DNA of 62,569 nucleotides, filler included, from Squatina squatina (taxonomy: Eukaryota): NCBI GenBank assembly GCA_031763465.1. It is 4 parts of 4 records of this genome, joined end to end, with 100 filler letters (N's around TTAATTAATTAA, not from the genome) between each part and the next. Parts side by side here need not be neighbours in the genome. Positions count along the whole stretch, not along the records: positions 14,481 to 34,262 come from JARFOE010000001.1; 3 more parts are not named here. The stretch is one strand, 5' to 3'. A model generated the notes under the pieces. That model was not told the DNA's origin and searched no databases. It saw nothing but the letters and a program-made list of their open reading frames with translations. This document shows, piece by piece, positions 14,481-26,868 of the stretch; position 1 is the stretch's first letter, and each line of letters opens with the position of its first letter. A program made the position numbers and the translations under genes.

Positions 14481-14830
14481 CATCGCCTCGACTGGCACAC
14501 CGACTGGTGGCCCGGTCGCTGGTGGACCTGGGGGCTCAGGGTAGCGCATTCAGGATGGCTGGCAGCCCTCCGCTTTAAAGGAGGCCCGGCTCTCCTGCTG
14601 ACGTCAGCGTGCTGTGCGCTAACTCAGCGTTTCAGACGCCGGTGACGTGGCACTGAAGCCGTGCCACTGGTGTCCGACCCCAGCTGCCCCAGGAGCGTCC
14701 GGAAGTGCGCTGCGTGCTGAAGCACCGAATACCGGGAAGGCTGGGGCGGGTTGGATGCCGGCGAGCAAAATGCTGGCTCCCGCCACGTATGCGTTTTAAA
14801 TGTGGTGCCAGGGAAGTTCAGCCCCCAAGT
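14481..14830. mobile_element. GC-rich non-autonomous DNA transposon (MITE) fragment
   Basis: CpG-rich island in AT-rich DNA ending in gaagttcagcccc; ctttaaaggaggcccggc...ctgacgtcagcgtgctgtg matches the reverse complement of about 48700-48765. Confidence 0.6.
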
Positions 14831-15056
14831 GTTTTTATATAGCCTGCAGCGTACTGACATCATAAACCTTTCCCAATTGCACCTATGGATTATTCTATGT
14901 GATCCAATAAGAATTTTCTTGGGTTTTGAAATAATTTCTGGAAGGTTGTCTCAACCAAATTCACTAGTGTTGATTCCATATGATCTTTCCTCTCTTTTAC
15001 ACAGTGGTGCAGGTTTCTATAGTAAGAGTACACATTCATAAATTACTTATTCTTAC

Positions 15057-15204
15057 CATTGTCATTACCCTGTTTGATCTCCTCTGCTGTTCGGTCTATC
15101 AGGACATACAAAGACCACACAACACATGTGATCGCAACAACGTGGAAGGTGACAGAGCAGGCAATCTTCCTCCTCTCACTTGTTGACATCTCCAACTTTT
15201 CCCA
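15057..15204 (-). CDS. MARCHF1: E3 ubiquitin ligase MARCHF1, exon with first transmembrane helix
   Basis: ttccag|[50 protein letters not shown]|gtaaga; 148 bp, phase 0 to 1; QGNDNG is MARCHF1-type rather than MARCHF8-type. Confidence 0.95.
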
Positions 15205-15220
15205 CTGGAAGAAGCACAAG

Positions 15221-16182
15221 ACAGAGAGAGAATGCAACACGAGAGAGAATGCAGCACGACAGCAGGAGAACACAGCACGAGAGAGAGCGAGAACGCAGCA
15301 AAAGAGAGAGAGAACACAGCACGAGAGAAAGAGAGAGAACAGAGCACGAGAGAGAATCCAGCACATGGGAGAGAGAATGCAGCATGAGAGAGAGAGAATG
15401 CAGCATGAGAGAGAGAGAGAGAACAGAGCACGAGAGAGAGAGAAGGCTGCATGCGATAGAGAGAGAATGCAGCAATTGAGAGAGAGAGAGAGAGAGAGAG
15501 AGAAGGCAGCACGAGAGAGAGAACACAGCACAAGAGAGAGAGAATGCAGCACAAGAGGGAGAGAGAAAGCAGCACGAGAGAGAGAGAGAATGCAGCACGA
15601 GAGAGAGAGAGACAATGCAGCGTGAGAGACAGGGAACACAGCATGAGAGAGAGAGAGAACAAAAATGCAGCACGAGAGAGAGAGAGAACGCAGCACGAGA
15701 GAGAGAGAGAGAGGGAGAGAGAACACAGCACGATAGGGAGGGAACACAGCATGAGAGAGAGAGAGAAAGCAGCACGAGAGTGAGAGAACACAGCATGAGA
15801 GAGAACAAAGCAGAGAAAGAGAGTACGCAGCACAAGAGAGAGTACACAACACGAGGGAGAGAGAGAGAAAACACAGCACGAGAGAGAGAACACAGGACAA
15901 GAGAGAGAACGCAGCTCAAGAGAGAGAGAACACAGCACGAGAGAGCGAGAGAGGACACAGCATGAGAGAGATTGATTGCAGCACGATAGAGGCCGCAGCA
16001 TGAGAGAGAGAATGCAGCATGAGAGAGAGAGAAAACACAGCACGAGTGAAAACGCAGCATGAGAGGAAGAGAACACATCAAGTGAGAGTGAGAACACAGC
16101 ACAAGAGAGAGACAGAACACAGCATGAGAGAGAGAGAAAGCAGCACGAGAGAAAATGGAGCATGAGAGAGAGAGAACACAGC

Positions 16183-16221
<39 letters not shown>

Positions 16222-17275
16222 AACGCAGCACGAGAGAGAGAGAGAAGGAGAACGCAGCACGAGAGAGAACACTGCACGAGAGTGAGAACACTGCATGAGA
16301 GTGAGAGAGAGAACGCAGCATGAGAGAGAATGCAGCACGAGAGAGAGAGAAAATGCAGCATGAGAGAGAGAGAACATGACATGCGAGAGTGAGAAAGAGA
16401 AAGCAGTAAGAGAGGGAGAGAACACAGAATGAGAGAGAGAGAGGGAAAATTGCACAAGAGAGAGAGAGAAAGCACACGAGAGAAAACAGAACGAGAGAAA
16501 GAGAACACAGCATGAGAGAGAGAGGGAGAACGCAGAATGAGAGAAAACGCTGCACGAGAGAAAACGCAGCACAAAGGGAGAGAGCACAGCAAGCGAGAGT
16601 GAGAACACAGCACGAGAGAGAGACAGAACACAGCATGAGAGAGAGAGAGAGAACACAGCATGAGTGAGAAAGAATGCAGCACAAGAGAGAGAGAGAATGC
16701 AGCACAGGAGAGAGAATGAGAAAGCAGTACGAGAGAGAAAACGCTGCACGAGAGTGAGAGAACGCCGCACGAGAGAGAGAGAGAAATCACAGCACGAGAT
16801 AGGGAGAGAGAGAACACAGCATGAGAGTGAGAGAGAGAACACAGCATAAGAGAGAGGGAATGCAGCACGAGAGAGAGCGATCGCAGCATGAGAGAGAGGG
16901 AACACAGCACGAGAGAGAGAGAACGCAGCACGAGAGAGATAGAACACAACGCAATTGAGAACACAGCACGAGAGCAAGAGAACACAGCACGAGAGAGAGA
17001 GAGAGAACGCAGCACGAGAGAGAGAGAATCCAGCGTGAGAGACAGGGAACACAGCATGAGAGAGAGAGAGAGAGAGAGAGAATGCAGCACAAGAGTAAAC
17101 ACGGCATGAGAGAGAACGCAGCAGAACAGCAGGAGAACACAGCACAAGAGAGAGAGAACAAAGCATAAGAGAGAGAACAGAGCAGGAGAGAGCGAACACA
17201 GCATGAGAGAGAATGCAGCACGAGAGAGAGAGAAAATGCAGCATGAGAGAGAGAGAACATGACATGCGAGAGTGA
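15221..17275. repeat. Compound minisatellite, (GA)n plus AACACAGCAC/AATGCAGCAT, unit about 20 bp
   Basis: Visible tandem array of about 2 kb, truncated by a gap; produces the long low-complexity ORFs in the track. Confidence 0.97.
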
Positions 17276-17386
17276 NNNNNNNNNNNNNNNNNNNNNNNNN
17301 NNNNNNNNNNNNNNNNNNNNNNNNNNNNNNNNNNNNNNNNNNNNNNNNNNNNNNNNNNNNNNNNNNNNNNNNNNNCCCCCCCCCCG

Positions 17387-17810
17387 CTAGTGCCTCCCGA
17401 GAAATTGCCTGGGAGGTCGCGGCGTGCAACGGGCGATGATGTCATCTCCTTGTGCACTGACTCGTCACCGCCCCATGTCGACTCCTTTGCGCGCCGCGGG
17501 AGGTGGGGCCGCCCCTTAAAGAGGAAGTCTTTTGTGCACCGGGCCGCCATCATTTTTTGTTGGATGACTCGTCGAGCAAGCCACCATCCCAGTGTGCCGG
17601 GCTGCTGGCCCGGGCGATGGTGTCCCTTGTGACTCGGTAGCGGCCAGAGTGCTCAATGGCCCTCCCCTTTAAATGAAGCATGGCGTTGCAGCGCCCCGAC
17701 AGTAAGGGCAATTTCATGTTGAGGGCGGGACTTCCGGGTCCTGCACTAAAAGTGCCAGCCCCATAGAGTTACCTCCCCCAAAACGGAGCAAGGGTCAATT
17801 TTGGCCCCCG
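17387..17810. mobile_element. GC-rich MITE fragment
   Basis: CpG-rich non-coding block ending in caattttggcccc, a terminus like those of other shark MITE ends in the window. Confidence 0.55.
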
Positions 17811-18329
17811 TATGGAGACATGTTCCGTTTGTGTTGCCATAATGACCCCAGATATGAGTCTTGGCAGTCAAAAACAGATGATGTTAGGCTGTCATGTGAT
17901 GAGGTCGTAACGGGTAATATAAACCTTGGTTGCACCTTGTTTAACTGCTGCTCAGATGCTGTAATGTATCAAGTCTCACTGTCACTGAATAAAATATAAT
18001 TACTGTCACCAATACGGGTCAAGTCAAATCTTTTGGAATTTAGGAGTGATAAGGTTAATTGGTACAGACCCAGAAACTCAACAATGAGCAGAACTAAACT
18101 CAACCAGCTCCATGTAAGTACTATTGTCTAACTTATCTAAGTAANNNNNNNNNNAATACAGCTTATAAGGACTCAGATCCTATTTTACGTTAGGTTGCCT
18201 TGATTGGCTTTGTGGTTTGTGTATGATCTTCAACAAAATCAGAACAGATTTCCATTATAGATGCAAATCTTGTGGCAAACTCTACAGTCCTACAAAGAAA
18301 ATCTGGTTGATGATTTCTGGAGGGTGTAC

Positions 18330-18510
18330 CTTACGCAGTGGTTTGAGTTTTGTCTCCATTATGAAGTCGTATTTACAGAGTTCACAGCAACGCGTGTCAG
18401 AGCTCTTGATCCACTGATGTAGACATGCTTGATGTACGAAACGTAGCGTCCCTGTACAACGGCAAGGTGTGATGAGAGGACTGTCATCATCTCCTTCACA
18501 GTGGCAGATC
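18330..18510 (-). CDS. MARCHF1: MARCHF1 RING-CH domain exon
   Basis: ctcag|(R)[60 protein letters not shown]|gtacac; 181 bp; C4HC3 ligands intact; not in the ORF track. Confidence 0.97.
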
Positions 18511-19133
18511 CTGAGAGGAGAAAGATTCAGTGCAGTAAAAAACAGTAACCGTGTGAGAACCTTATGGCCAAATACTGGTTACAATACTATAAAGTAGTCT
18601 GTTATTTTGCTGAAATATATTTCATCCAGAACAATGAGTGGTTTACATTCAATATGAACATTATAGTTTAATAGCATTCGGCTCAATGGTTACTTTCTAC
18701 TCAGATGGTCCCAGGTTTGAGTCCTTAAGGTACTCCTCCAATCTGCCTATTATCCATTTCCTCAGTTCAGGTTAACTCACTGTCACTATCTCATGGCAGT
18801 GAACCTTACAGAGGACAGTATTAATGAATGTGGTTCATTCATTGTCAGAGGTTATTTAAAGTGTGAGCACAATTGCCCCCCAACTACCATATGAAAGAGA
18901 CTAGTCCTGTGGGCAAATTGTCTGGGATACAAAGAGCAATTAAAATGATTATCTGTCATTGTACAATGTTTGCCACAGCACAGATAAGTGCTCTTGGTAT
19001 AGTAGGAACAATAATTATTTCTTGACTCTAAAGNNNNNNNNNNNNNNNNNNNNNNNNNNNNNNNNNNNNNNNNNNNNNNNNNNNNNNNNNNNNNNNNNNN
19101 NNNNNNNNNNNNNNNNNNNNNNNNNNNNNNNNN

Positions 19134-19670
19134 TGCACACATTTCCTTGAGGAACTCTTTGTGCCAAAAGAAGATATTGAAGACGATGAAAACCACGTTT
19201 CCTTGTTATGGGACATCCTTTCTCTTTCCCAGATTATTGCCTGATTGCTACAGGTGGGAATTGGGTCAATCCTTGTCTTACCCCATTCATTTTCAGAGTC
19301 TACTGACAACAGGGCTGGAAGAGGAGGACTTGATGTTTTTTCCAATTCTTTGTGAGATTTGTTCTTCCTCCTGCCCTTTCTGGAAGCCCTCATCCTTTCT
19401 GAACTTCTTCTTCTGATTTGAGCCCAGTGATTTTCATCTGATGATGAATCAGAATCATTCCTGCCGAATCCGCTTATTTTTGCACAAAAAGACCTGGTCT
19501 GTTTTTCGGGATGCTTGGGATGGTCATGCAAATGCTCGCATCTTTCACAGAGTCCCCTTTGCTTTCTAATTCTTCTCTTTACATGTTTCTTACCAGAATC
19601 CCTGCTGGGATTGTTGAGCGCCATGACAGGAGTTGAATATGTGTCACCATCTTCACAACGGGCAGTAGAT
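19134..19670 (-). CDS. MARCHF1: MARCHF1 large alternative exon (disordered, Ser/Arg/Lys-rich), 3' end lost in gap
   Basis: cttag| acceptor in phase 2 continues ...DIC-R-STARCEDGDTYSTPVMAL...; open for 537 bp to the gap; lies where long MARCHF1/8 isoforms have an extra exon. Confidence 0.8.
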
Positions 19671-19949
19671 CTAAGCACAGCATGCAGAGATGAAAAGTGG
19701 AAAGTAGGGAAGAGAAGATGAAAGGACAGCATGACAGACATGGCAAAAGAAATGAAAACAAAATGAATTAGTAATTATATAAGCAGTTATCGTATACCGA
19801 TGAAGTAGAAAAACAAACAAATGAAACATAATGAAGACAAGCTGAGACTGAGACTAGAGATAAACAGACACAAGGAGGTAGATATCATTCAAAACAATAC
19901 CGAACCCACAATATACATAAACACTGCTGCATTGCCTAGACTTGCATAC

Positions 19950-20140
19950 CTGCAAATGTCCTGAGTTGAAGGGCTGACAGATGTACGTGACTGGCTCCTG
20001 GGAGCTGTTCCTGTTGTAGGACTGCTTGCCTGTTGAAATAAGTTAGACAGTTTGGAATCTTTGTCCATGAAATACATTACAGACATTTTACTGCTTTGCC
20101 ACATGATTAAAAAATTAAAGTAACTGTTGCTGCTGTTCAT
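19950..20140 (-). CDS. MARCHF1: MARCHF1 shared exon (19950-20029) with in-frame alternative N-terminus from ATG 20140
   Basis: [63 protein letters not shown]|gtatgc; internal acceptor caacag| before ASSPTTG. Confidence 0.9.
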
Positions 20141-20299
20141 AATGCATTGTTGAACACATGCAAGCTCACAAAATACAGGAAGCCTGACCAAAAGTGAAAN
20201 NNNNNNNNNNNNNNNNNNNNNNNNNNNNNNNNNNNNNNNNNNNNNNNNNNNNNNNNNNNNNNNNNNNNNNNNNNNNNNNNNNNNNNNNNNNNNNNNNNN

Positions 20300-20586
20300 C
20301 TTCTCTAATTCTGGCCTCTTGAGCATCCTCGATTTTAATCGTTCAGCCATTGTTGGCCCCAAACTCTGGAATTCTCTCCCTATATCTATCCATCTCCCTA
20401 CTTCTATTTCTTCCTTTAAGATGCTCTTTAAAGCCTACGTCTTTAACCAAATTTTGGTCATCTGCCCTAGTTTCTCCTTATCTGGTTAGGTGTCAAATTT
20501 AGTTTTATAACACTCCTGTGAAGTGCCTTGGGACGTTTTGCTACATTAAAGGTGTTATATAAACACAAGTTGTTGTTGTTGTTGTT
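20300..20586 (+). mobile_element. L2-type LINE/SINE 3' end
   Basis: ctctggaattctctccct...gtgaagtgccttgggacgttttgctacattaaaggtgttatataaa followed by a (TTG)n tail. Confidence 0.7.
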
Positions 20587-23320
20587 GGGGATTCAGGAGC
20601 AATGTTCCTGCTGAGAGGTCACACGCAGGCCTTTCATCAGCTTTTACATTGCAGACACCGCACATGCGCAAAAATTTGAATGGGCTGCACATTGGGAGAG
20701 GCAGGCCGTTCAGGAGGCCATGCAGCTTTGGTCAGGAGGTGAATTCATCCCCCACCCATCCATCCATCAACACATCGAGGCCTCCCTCCCTCACACACTT
20801 CTGGCAGTAACAGGGGGCCCACTNNNNNNNNNNNNNNNNNNNNNNNNNNNNNNNNNNNNNNNNNNNNNNNNNNNNNNNNNNNNNNNNNNNNNNNNNNNNN
20901 NNNNNNNNNNNNNNNNNNNNNNNTTTGGTGACTGTATTCTAAACCACCCTGAAAGGGCAGAATTGATATCGTATGTTAAGGTACAGTAAAATATAAGTGA
21001 AGGAATCTACACAAAAGCCACGCTTCCACTCAGAGTCACATCCAACACTAGTAAAAATATATCAAGTCGAGAAGCGCTGAGGAACCGCGGATCTTGCCTA
21101 CTTACAAAGGGGTCAATTAGAAAGAACAAACTCCATTTAAACCAAATAGACTAGCTGGTTTCATGATTCTAATGAAAAAAATGAGCTCTGCTGCCGTACT
21201 TTATCCTCATTTCTATTTCACAAAAGGACACAAGCTTTTTATGGAAAGGTCAGATCCTTTAAGAGCAACCCACTCAAATGTGCTCACTTTGAACTATGAC
21301 TCACGTCTCATTAATATCACAGTGGATGCTGCCTCTTTATTCTCACTTCCAGCTCACTGTCACCTTTTCTTGTCTGTTATTTTAAAATATTTTCAGTTCC
21401 CACCTGTTGCCATGCTTCACATGTACTGCAATATTTATACATCTATCTGAAAAATTTCCTCTATTTCCTATTTTTAGGTAAAAAGTAAACAAGCTTAAAG
21501 AATGCATTTATGATTTTGCTACAAATAGTATTCAGAGCAAATCTTCCCATTATCTAGTTGACATAGCAACAGCTCCATCACCACCTCCCCCCCGCCTCAC
21601 CTAATCTTTTTAACAATATCTTCCTAATGCGTGCCATCTATATAGTGTTGCAGCTTGTGAAACAGCTTCCCTCTCTTAACTTCCCACTGCTCCTACAATT
21701 TACAGGTTAATTTAAAATCCAAACTTATCACTGTCTTTTCTTCTATTCTGGTCAGTTTTAGAGTACTATGAGTGCCGGCCTATCATAAATTTCTAAATAT
21801 AAAAAAGACCATGTAGCTATAAATACACTCCAAATTACATGATTGATTTCTGAGTAATTCTTTACATATTCTGGGTACTGAATTACTCTTAACATTAATT
21901 TATATAAACCAAAGTCATGTGAAACTTGCTGATTCATAGAATAATAGAGTTGTGGAATAAGTTAACATGGAAGGCCATTAAAACAAACAGGACAATGGTA
22001 TTCAATAAAGTTGTTTCTTCTGGAGAGATCAGAGATTGAAAGGTGAGGGAGGGGAAGTTTGGACGATCTATCAAAATAGGGTGGACTTGTTGGGCCTGAT
22101 TGCCCTTTTTACTTCCAAAAACTTCTTATTACTTTAGCTCATTACTCCCCACATAGTGCAAACACACATTCAATTCTGACCCACATTAGAAACTGTTTAG
22201 GATTCAGGCTCATGATATTATCAAGCTTGTGCATTTTTTAAATATATTTTATGTACTTGTCACAGANNNNNNNNNNNNNNNNNNNNNNNNNNNNNNNNNN
22301 NNNNNNNNNNNNNNNNNNNNNNNNNNNNNNNNNNNNNNNNNNNNNNNNNNNNNNNNNNNNNNNNNNAAAACTTTCTGACGAACTTACAGACCTCATTGAC
22401 TGAATAACCAATAAATAGACCAATGCTGGTTAACTTCATAATCCAAGGAACTAGGTATTAAAACAATAGTCAAAAGCACATGTTAGTACTCAATATGTTC
22501 ATGTATATAGAGCCAGTGATTTATTCTTCGACACTGCATTATACAGTGGGACTGACTTGCCTGTATTGGGAAAAACAGCAGCTCATTAAAAGCAGTTTTC
22601 CCCAACATTATAATCCAAAATAGTTGGTATTTAAAAAAATCAAACATATTAAATATGATTTACTACTGTAAAATATCTGATAACTACAGTATAAAATGAA
22701 TAGCATAATCAGTTGAATTGATTCTTAATAAAAGTAGGACGCGGAAACACTACTTATTGCACTTTTAACTTTTCGTTAGTGCAAGACCTTTTTAACAGTT
22801 CCTGTTTACAAAATTCACTTCACAAAATGTCATTAAATTTCTCTGCATGAGGTTTGCCTACTAATGCTTTTAACAGGTGTGATTAAAATGTCGGCATTTA
22901 ATGTATGCTAATTTAGTTCTTGTAAATTTGCAAAACAATGTTTCAAATCCCCAAGCTGATTGACGATAACTTACGTGTGTTCTTTCATAATCTAATGCAC
23001 AATGTCACATGTGAAAGGGGCACCATTCTTCACAAAAACAATAAAGCATAAATCCCATCAAAGCATCATTTGCGTTTGACATCATCGAGATGCCTACTCC
23101 GGCTCTCCTGCAAAGAAAATATTTTCCCATCACCTTTTTTGCCTCTGAGGTAACTGCCAAATAGCTCTTTCAACAATGCAGGATAACTAGATGCAGAACA
23201 TACAGAGGGCTTGACTTAGCACTTAAAGTTTACAGTCTGTAGAATACAAATATTCTTCCCGTTTATCTCCCTGGACAAGCTCAAGGGAGAACCAGAACAT
23301 AAAATAACTAACTAGGTTAC

Positions 23321-23700
23321 CTGCACACATATCTCCAGCGCTGCAATTCCACCTGACAGCACATTGCTGCACTCACTTTCAGCCTTCATCCAGCCGCCCC
23401 GTCTCACAACCGCATTTTTTTTTCACTTTTTAGTTTAATATCCTTCTGCAGCCATAGCTTCGCCCTCACATCTGTTTTCCAGGGAAGTTAATAATAGAGG
23501 TCACTAAGAATAATGTTGTGTGGCGAGGGCAGGGCATGCAAACGAGAGGCTGGATTACTTCGGTCTGATCGGGCAGAGAGGCAGCCAATGTGTATAATTT
23601 ATGAAAGCGGATGGAAGTCCGCTCGCTCTCCCTGTCAGTGGACGAGTCACTTGGAGCATTAAAGCGGGCTGTCAAAGGCTGCTCGAGACCTCCCCCTTTT
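23321..23700 (-). promoter_or_regulatory. Candidate internal MARCHF1 promoter and alternative first exon
   Basis: Locally CpG-enriched non-repeat sequence; ATG 23389 opens MKAESECSNVLSGGIAALEICVQ ending at CAG|gtaacc, phase 0. Confidence 0.35.
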
Positions 23701-26700
23701 ACAAAAGNNNNNNNNNNNNNNNNNNNNNNNNNNNNNNNNNNNNNNNNNNNNNNNNNNNNNNNNNNNNNNNNNNNNNNNNNNNNNNNNNNNNNNNNNNNNN
23801 NNNNNNNTGAGACACCCAGTTAACTAAAGGAAAATGATCTGAGGCTTGGTGTAAAAAACAAATGCACACATGCATCTTTCTCTGATGTAAAAGATTACAA
23901 TTACCAAGAGCCCCGCATGTCTTCAGTGTATAACTGTTGGATTTGAAGCTAATCAATTAGCAGAGGATTCACAGGCCTCAGCCATTAAACTTCAGCAAAG
24001 AAAAAGAGATCTAGATATATGAGCAATTCACATACTTCAGCCATTTCATTTGCAGCTGATGATGTTAGTGGCAATGTGCCGTTGTGTCAGTCCAATGCCG
24101 CTCAGTTTCTCTAAAAACTCCTTCTGTCTCAATCTGTTGGTGTCTGAGCAGGCACCAGAGCAAGAGTGAGAGAGAGCAATTGAACAAAAGAGATTAATAT
24201 CATAGAAAAGAGGGAGAGAGAAATACCACCAGATTTTCCAACCTCCTAAATGGTTTGCTTGTTCTACTTAAATGAAGCACGACCACCGAATTTGATCAGG
24301 CCCCCCGCTGATGTCATTGGTCAGGCGGAGCAAATGCCTCACCCGCCATACACCCAATCTGTGCTCCACGCCATAAGCAATTCCCTCTTGCTTTTTTCTA
24401 AGATAACAGTCCACTGCTGAAAATACAAAACAACATTTAGAAGACATCAGTGTTAAATGTAAATAATTCCATTTGACTGAAAAAACATGTAAAATTAGAC
24501 TCCTGTACAACTTGCTGAGTGACTGTACGGTCTTGCACAATATTTTTCCTTTGGCTCTTAGCAACAGCAACGTTACTGCAATATTAATGCACATTTGCAA
24601 TGCTGCCAGCACTAATGCAGGATAAATGAAGTGGATGAAGGCAGCGAGTGGATGCATTTGCATGATTGGTGTCCAAGTCACCGGGCTATAATTAGATACG
24701 TATTGCCACACATCAAATTTACTGAGAATGAATTGATAATCAAGCATTTAGAAGCCAAGTAGCTGTGATGTGGAACTTTTAAAAATGTTGCACAAAGGTC
24801 AAAATTGTAAGTCTAATTCTGTCTCAGTTAGGAATTTTCCTGGAATATTTGAGCACTATCCCAGTATATAGTGTACAGAGGATTCACAAAATGTAAAAGA
24901 AAACTGCAGATAATGGAATTTGGAAACAAAAACAGAAAACGTTGGAAACATTGAGCAGGTCAGCCAGTATCTATGGAGAGAGAAAGAAAAGTTAATGTTT
25001 CAGGTGTAGACCTTAAAAGCAATAAAATTCCCTCCTTTACAATAAATCTCCATTTATTTGATCTGCTGTCATTACTTGTCAATTGCCACCTACCATCTCA
25101 TTTTTAATATAAAACTAAACATCTCAATTGCATTTTATTATAATTGAAACTTGATAAACATGAACCTGATCCCACTATTGAATTTCAATGGACCCCTGCC
25201 AATCAGTGCTAATGAAACAGGGCTGCTGAGCTTGTCTCTTTATGTGTAATGTGGTACTACTATCAAAATGCAGACACATAAATAAAGATTCCTTTTTTAT
25301 AGAAAAAATGAGAGAACAGACATGGTCATTTAGCTCACTCCCCTACAGACACCTCCCGTCCACAACCATCACAGTCTGACCACCTCTTGAATGGTCCTGG
25401 GGCTGGTAGACAANNNNNNNNNNNNNNNNNNNNNNNNNNNNNNNNNNNNNNNNNNNNNNNNNNNNNNNNNNNNNNNNNNNNNNNNNNNNNNNNNNNNNNN
25501 NNNNNNNNNNNNNCCCTCATAATCCTTCTATTCGTTTCTCCCTCATGTGCTTCTTTAGCTTCCCTTTAAATGCAGCACATAAAAATAATCCATTTTTATA
25601 CAAAATAGATACCTAAAGCAGCTATTCTCTCTTTCAAGCACGCTGAAGGTTTTAGAAAGCTGCATTCTTGCACGATATTTACAGATAACCAGTTAACAGA
25701 TCAAGATGCACTTAACCTCCTTGACCTGCTCTGTACTGAACCACAGATAGTGAGCTGTGGCTTACCTGGATAGAACCACCCTTCAAAAGAGTTTGTAAAA
25801 TCAATCGAGATGAAAGGTTAGGCTCCTCACTTCATTTAAATAACAGAGCACTTTCGTTAGAACATTCAGTTAGAGCAAAGGCAGTTGCTGGAATATTCTT
25901 TTCACAATAACCAAAACATTACTCCTATATTACATATGGTACACTGTTGGCATTCTATTTTTAGGTAAATACAGGATGAGACTTGACATTACTAACTGAT
26001 ATACCAATCTAATCAAGGGGCTCAAATAACATTTTCCAATTCTCACACCAGCCATTCTGTAACCTTCCTGAATGTGCTGCCAATTAATACCATCAAAATG
26101 TTATTTTTGAAATGTTTTATGTTTCAAATTGTCTAATGTCTTCAAAATCTTGTGGCTTCCAGTCCTCTAATTCCAGCAGGAACTCTATTTGCATTGACTT
26201 CTGTCCTTCACAATCCCTCCCCATCTTTGGGACATCATANNNNNNNNNNNNNNNNNNNNNNNNNNNNNNNNNNNNNNNNNNNNNNNNNNNNNNNNNNNNN
26301 NNNNNNNNNNNNNNNNNNNNNNNNNNNNNNNNNNNNNNNTCATATTTATTTCAGGTTTACCTTTTCCCCTTGTTCGCACCCTAATCTTTGTTTTGCTCTC
26401 TATAACATTTTTAAAAAGTCAGAATAAAAGCAACTTCTTCACTTCCTGGTTCTGCATTGTGATTGGCTGCTTAGACAGCTTGTTGACATCACAGCAGTTC
26501 GCACAAGGGGAGTCCCACTACACCACACTGATCTCAATTGCACGTCAGAAAAGGCAAACCTCTTGCCACAGAGATCGCAAGACTTTTATGGGCAGCTTTC
26601 GTCAGGGCCAGCAGCGAACGTCACCGCTGATTACAAATTATGGGCCTTTGTTTAGCATGCAGTGTGAGTTCACTTTAAATTTAAACTTCATGGACAGTAA

Positions 26701-26769
26701 CACAGAACCAGCAATGTTATCCACCATGGGTGAAGCATCCAATGCGATTAGATCAAGCCTTTGTCTTAC

Positions 26770-26868
26770 CTCCATATCCTTGTTCTTCTCTTTGTTCCTG
26801 CTCGTGGAGCTTCTTCCATTACTAGAGGTTTCCCGTGCTGGGACGACTGAGATCTGCTGCAGTGGCAT
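26770..26868 (-). CDS. MARCHF1: MARCHF1 first coding exon, MPLxQIS-type isoform (whole exon 26770-26982)
   Basis: MPLQQISVVPARETSSNGRSSTSRNKEKNKDME|gtaaga; acceptor ttacag| at 26983; matches the recalled MARCHF1 isoform MPLHQISVIPARETASNGRSS. Confidence 0.9.

Noticed and set aside
15043-17553. Long ORFs (776, 509, 491 and 285 aa) rich in S/L/C or R/E
   Set aside because: They are translations of the (GA)n minisatellite, which lacks stop codons; only 15057-15204 is a real exon
21852-21890. GAGTAATTC...GAATTACTC inverted repeat
   Set aside because: Only a 9-bp stem in AT-rich DNA; expected by chance
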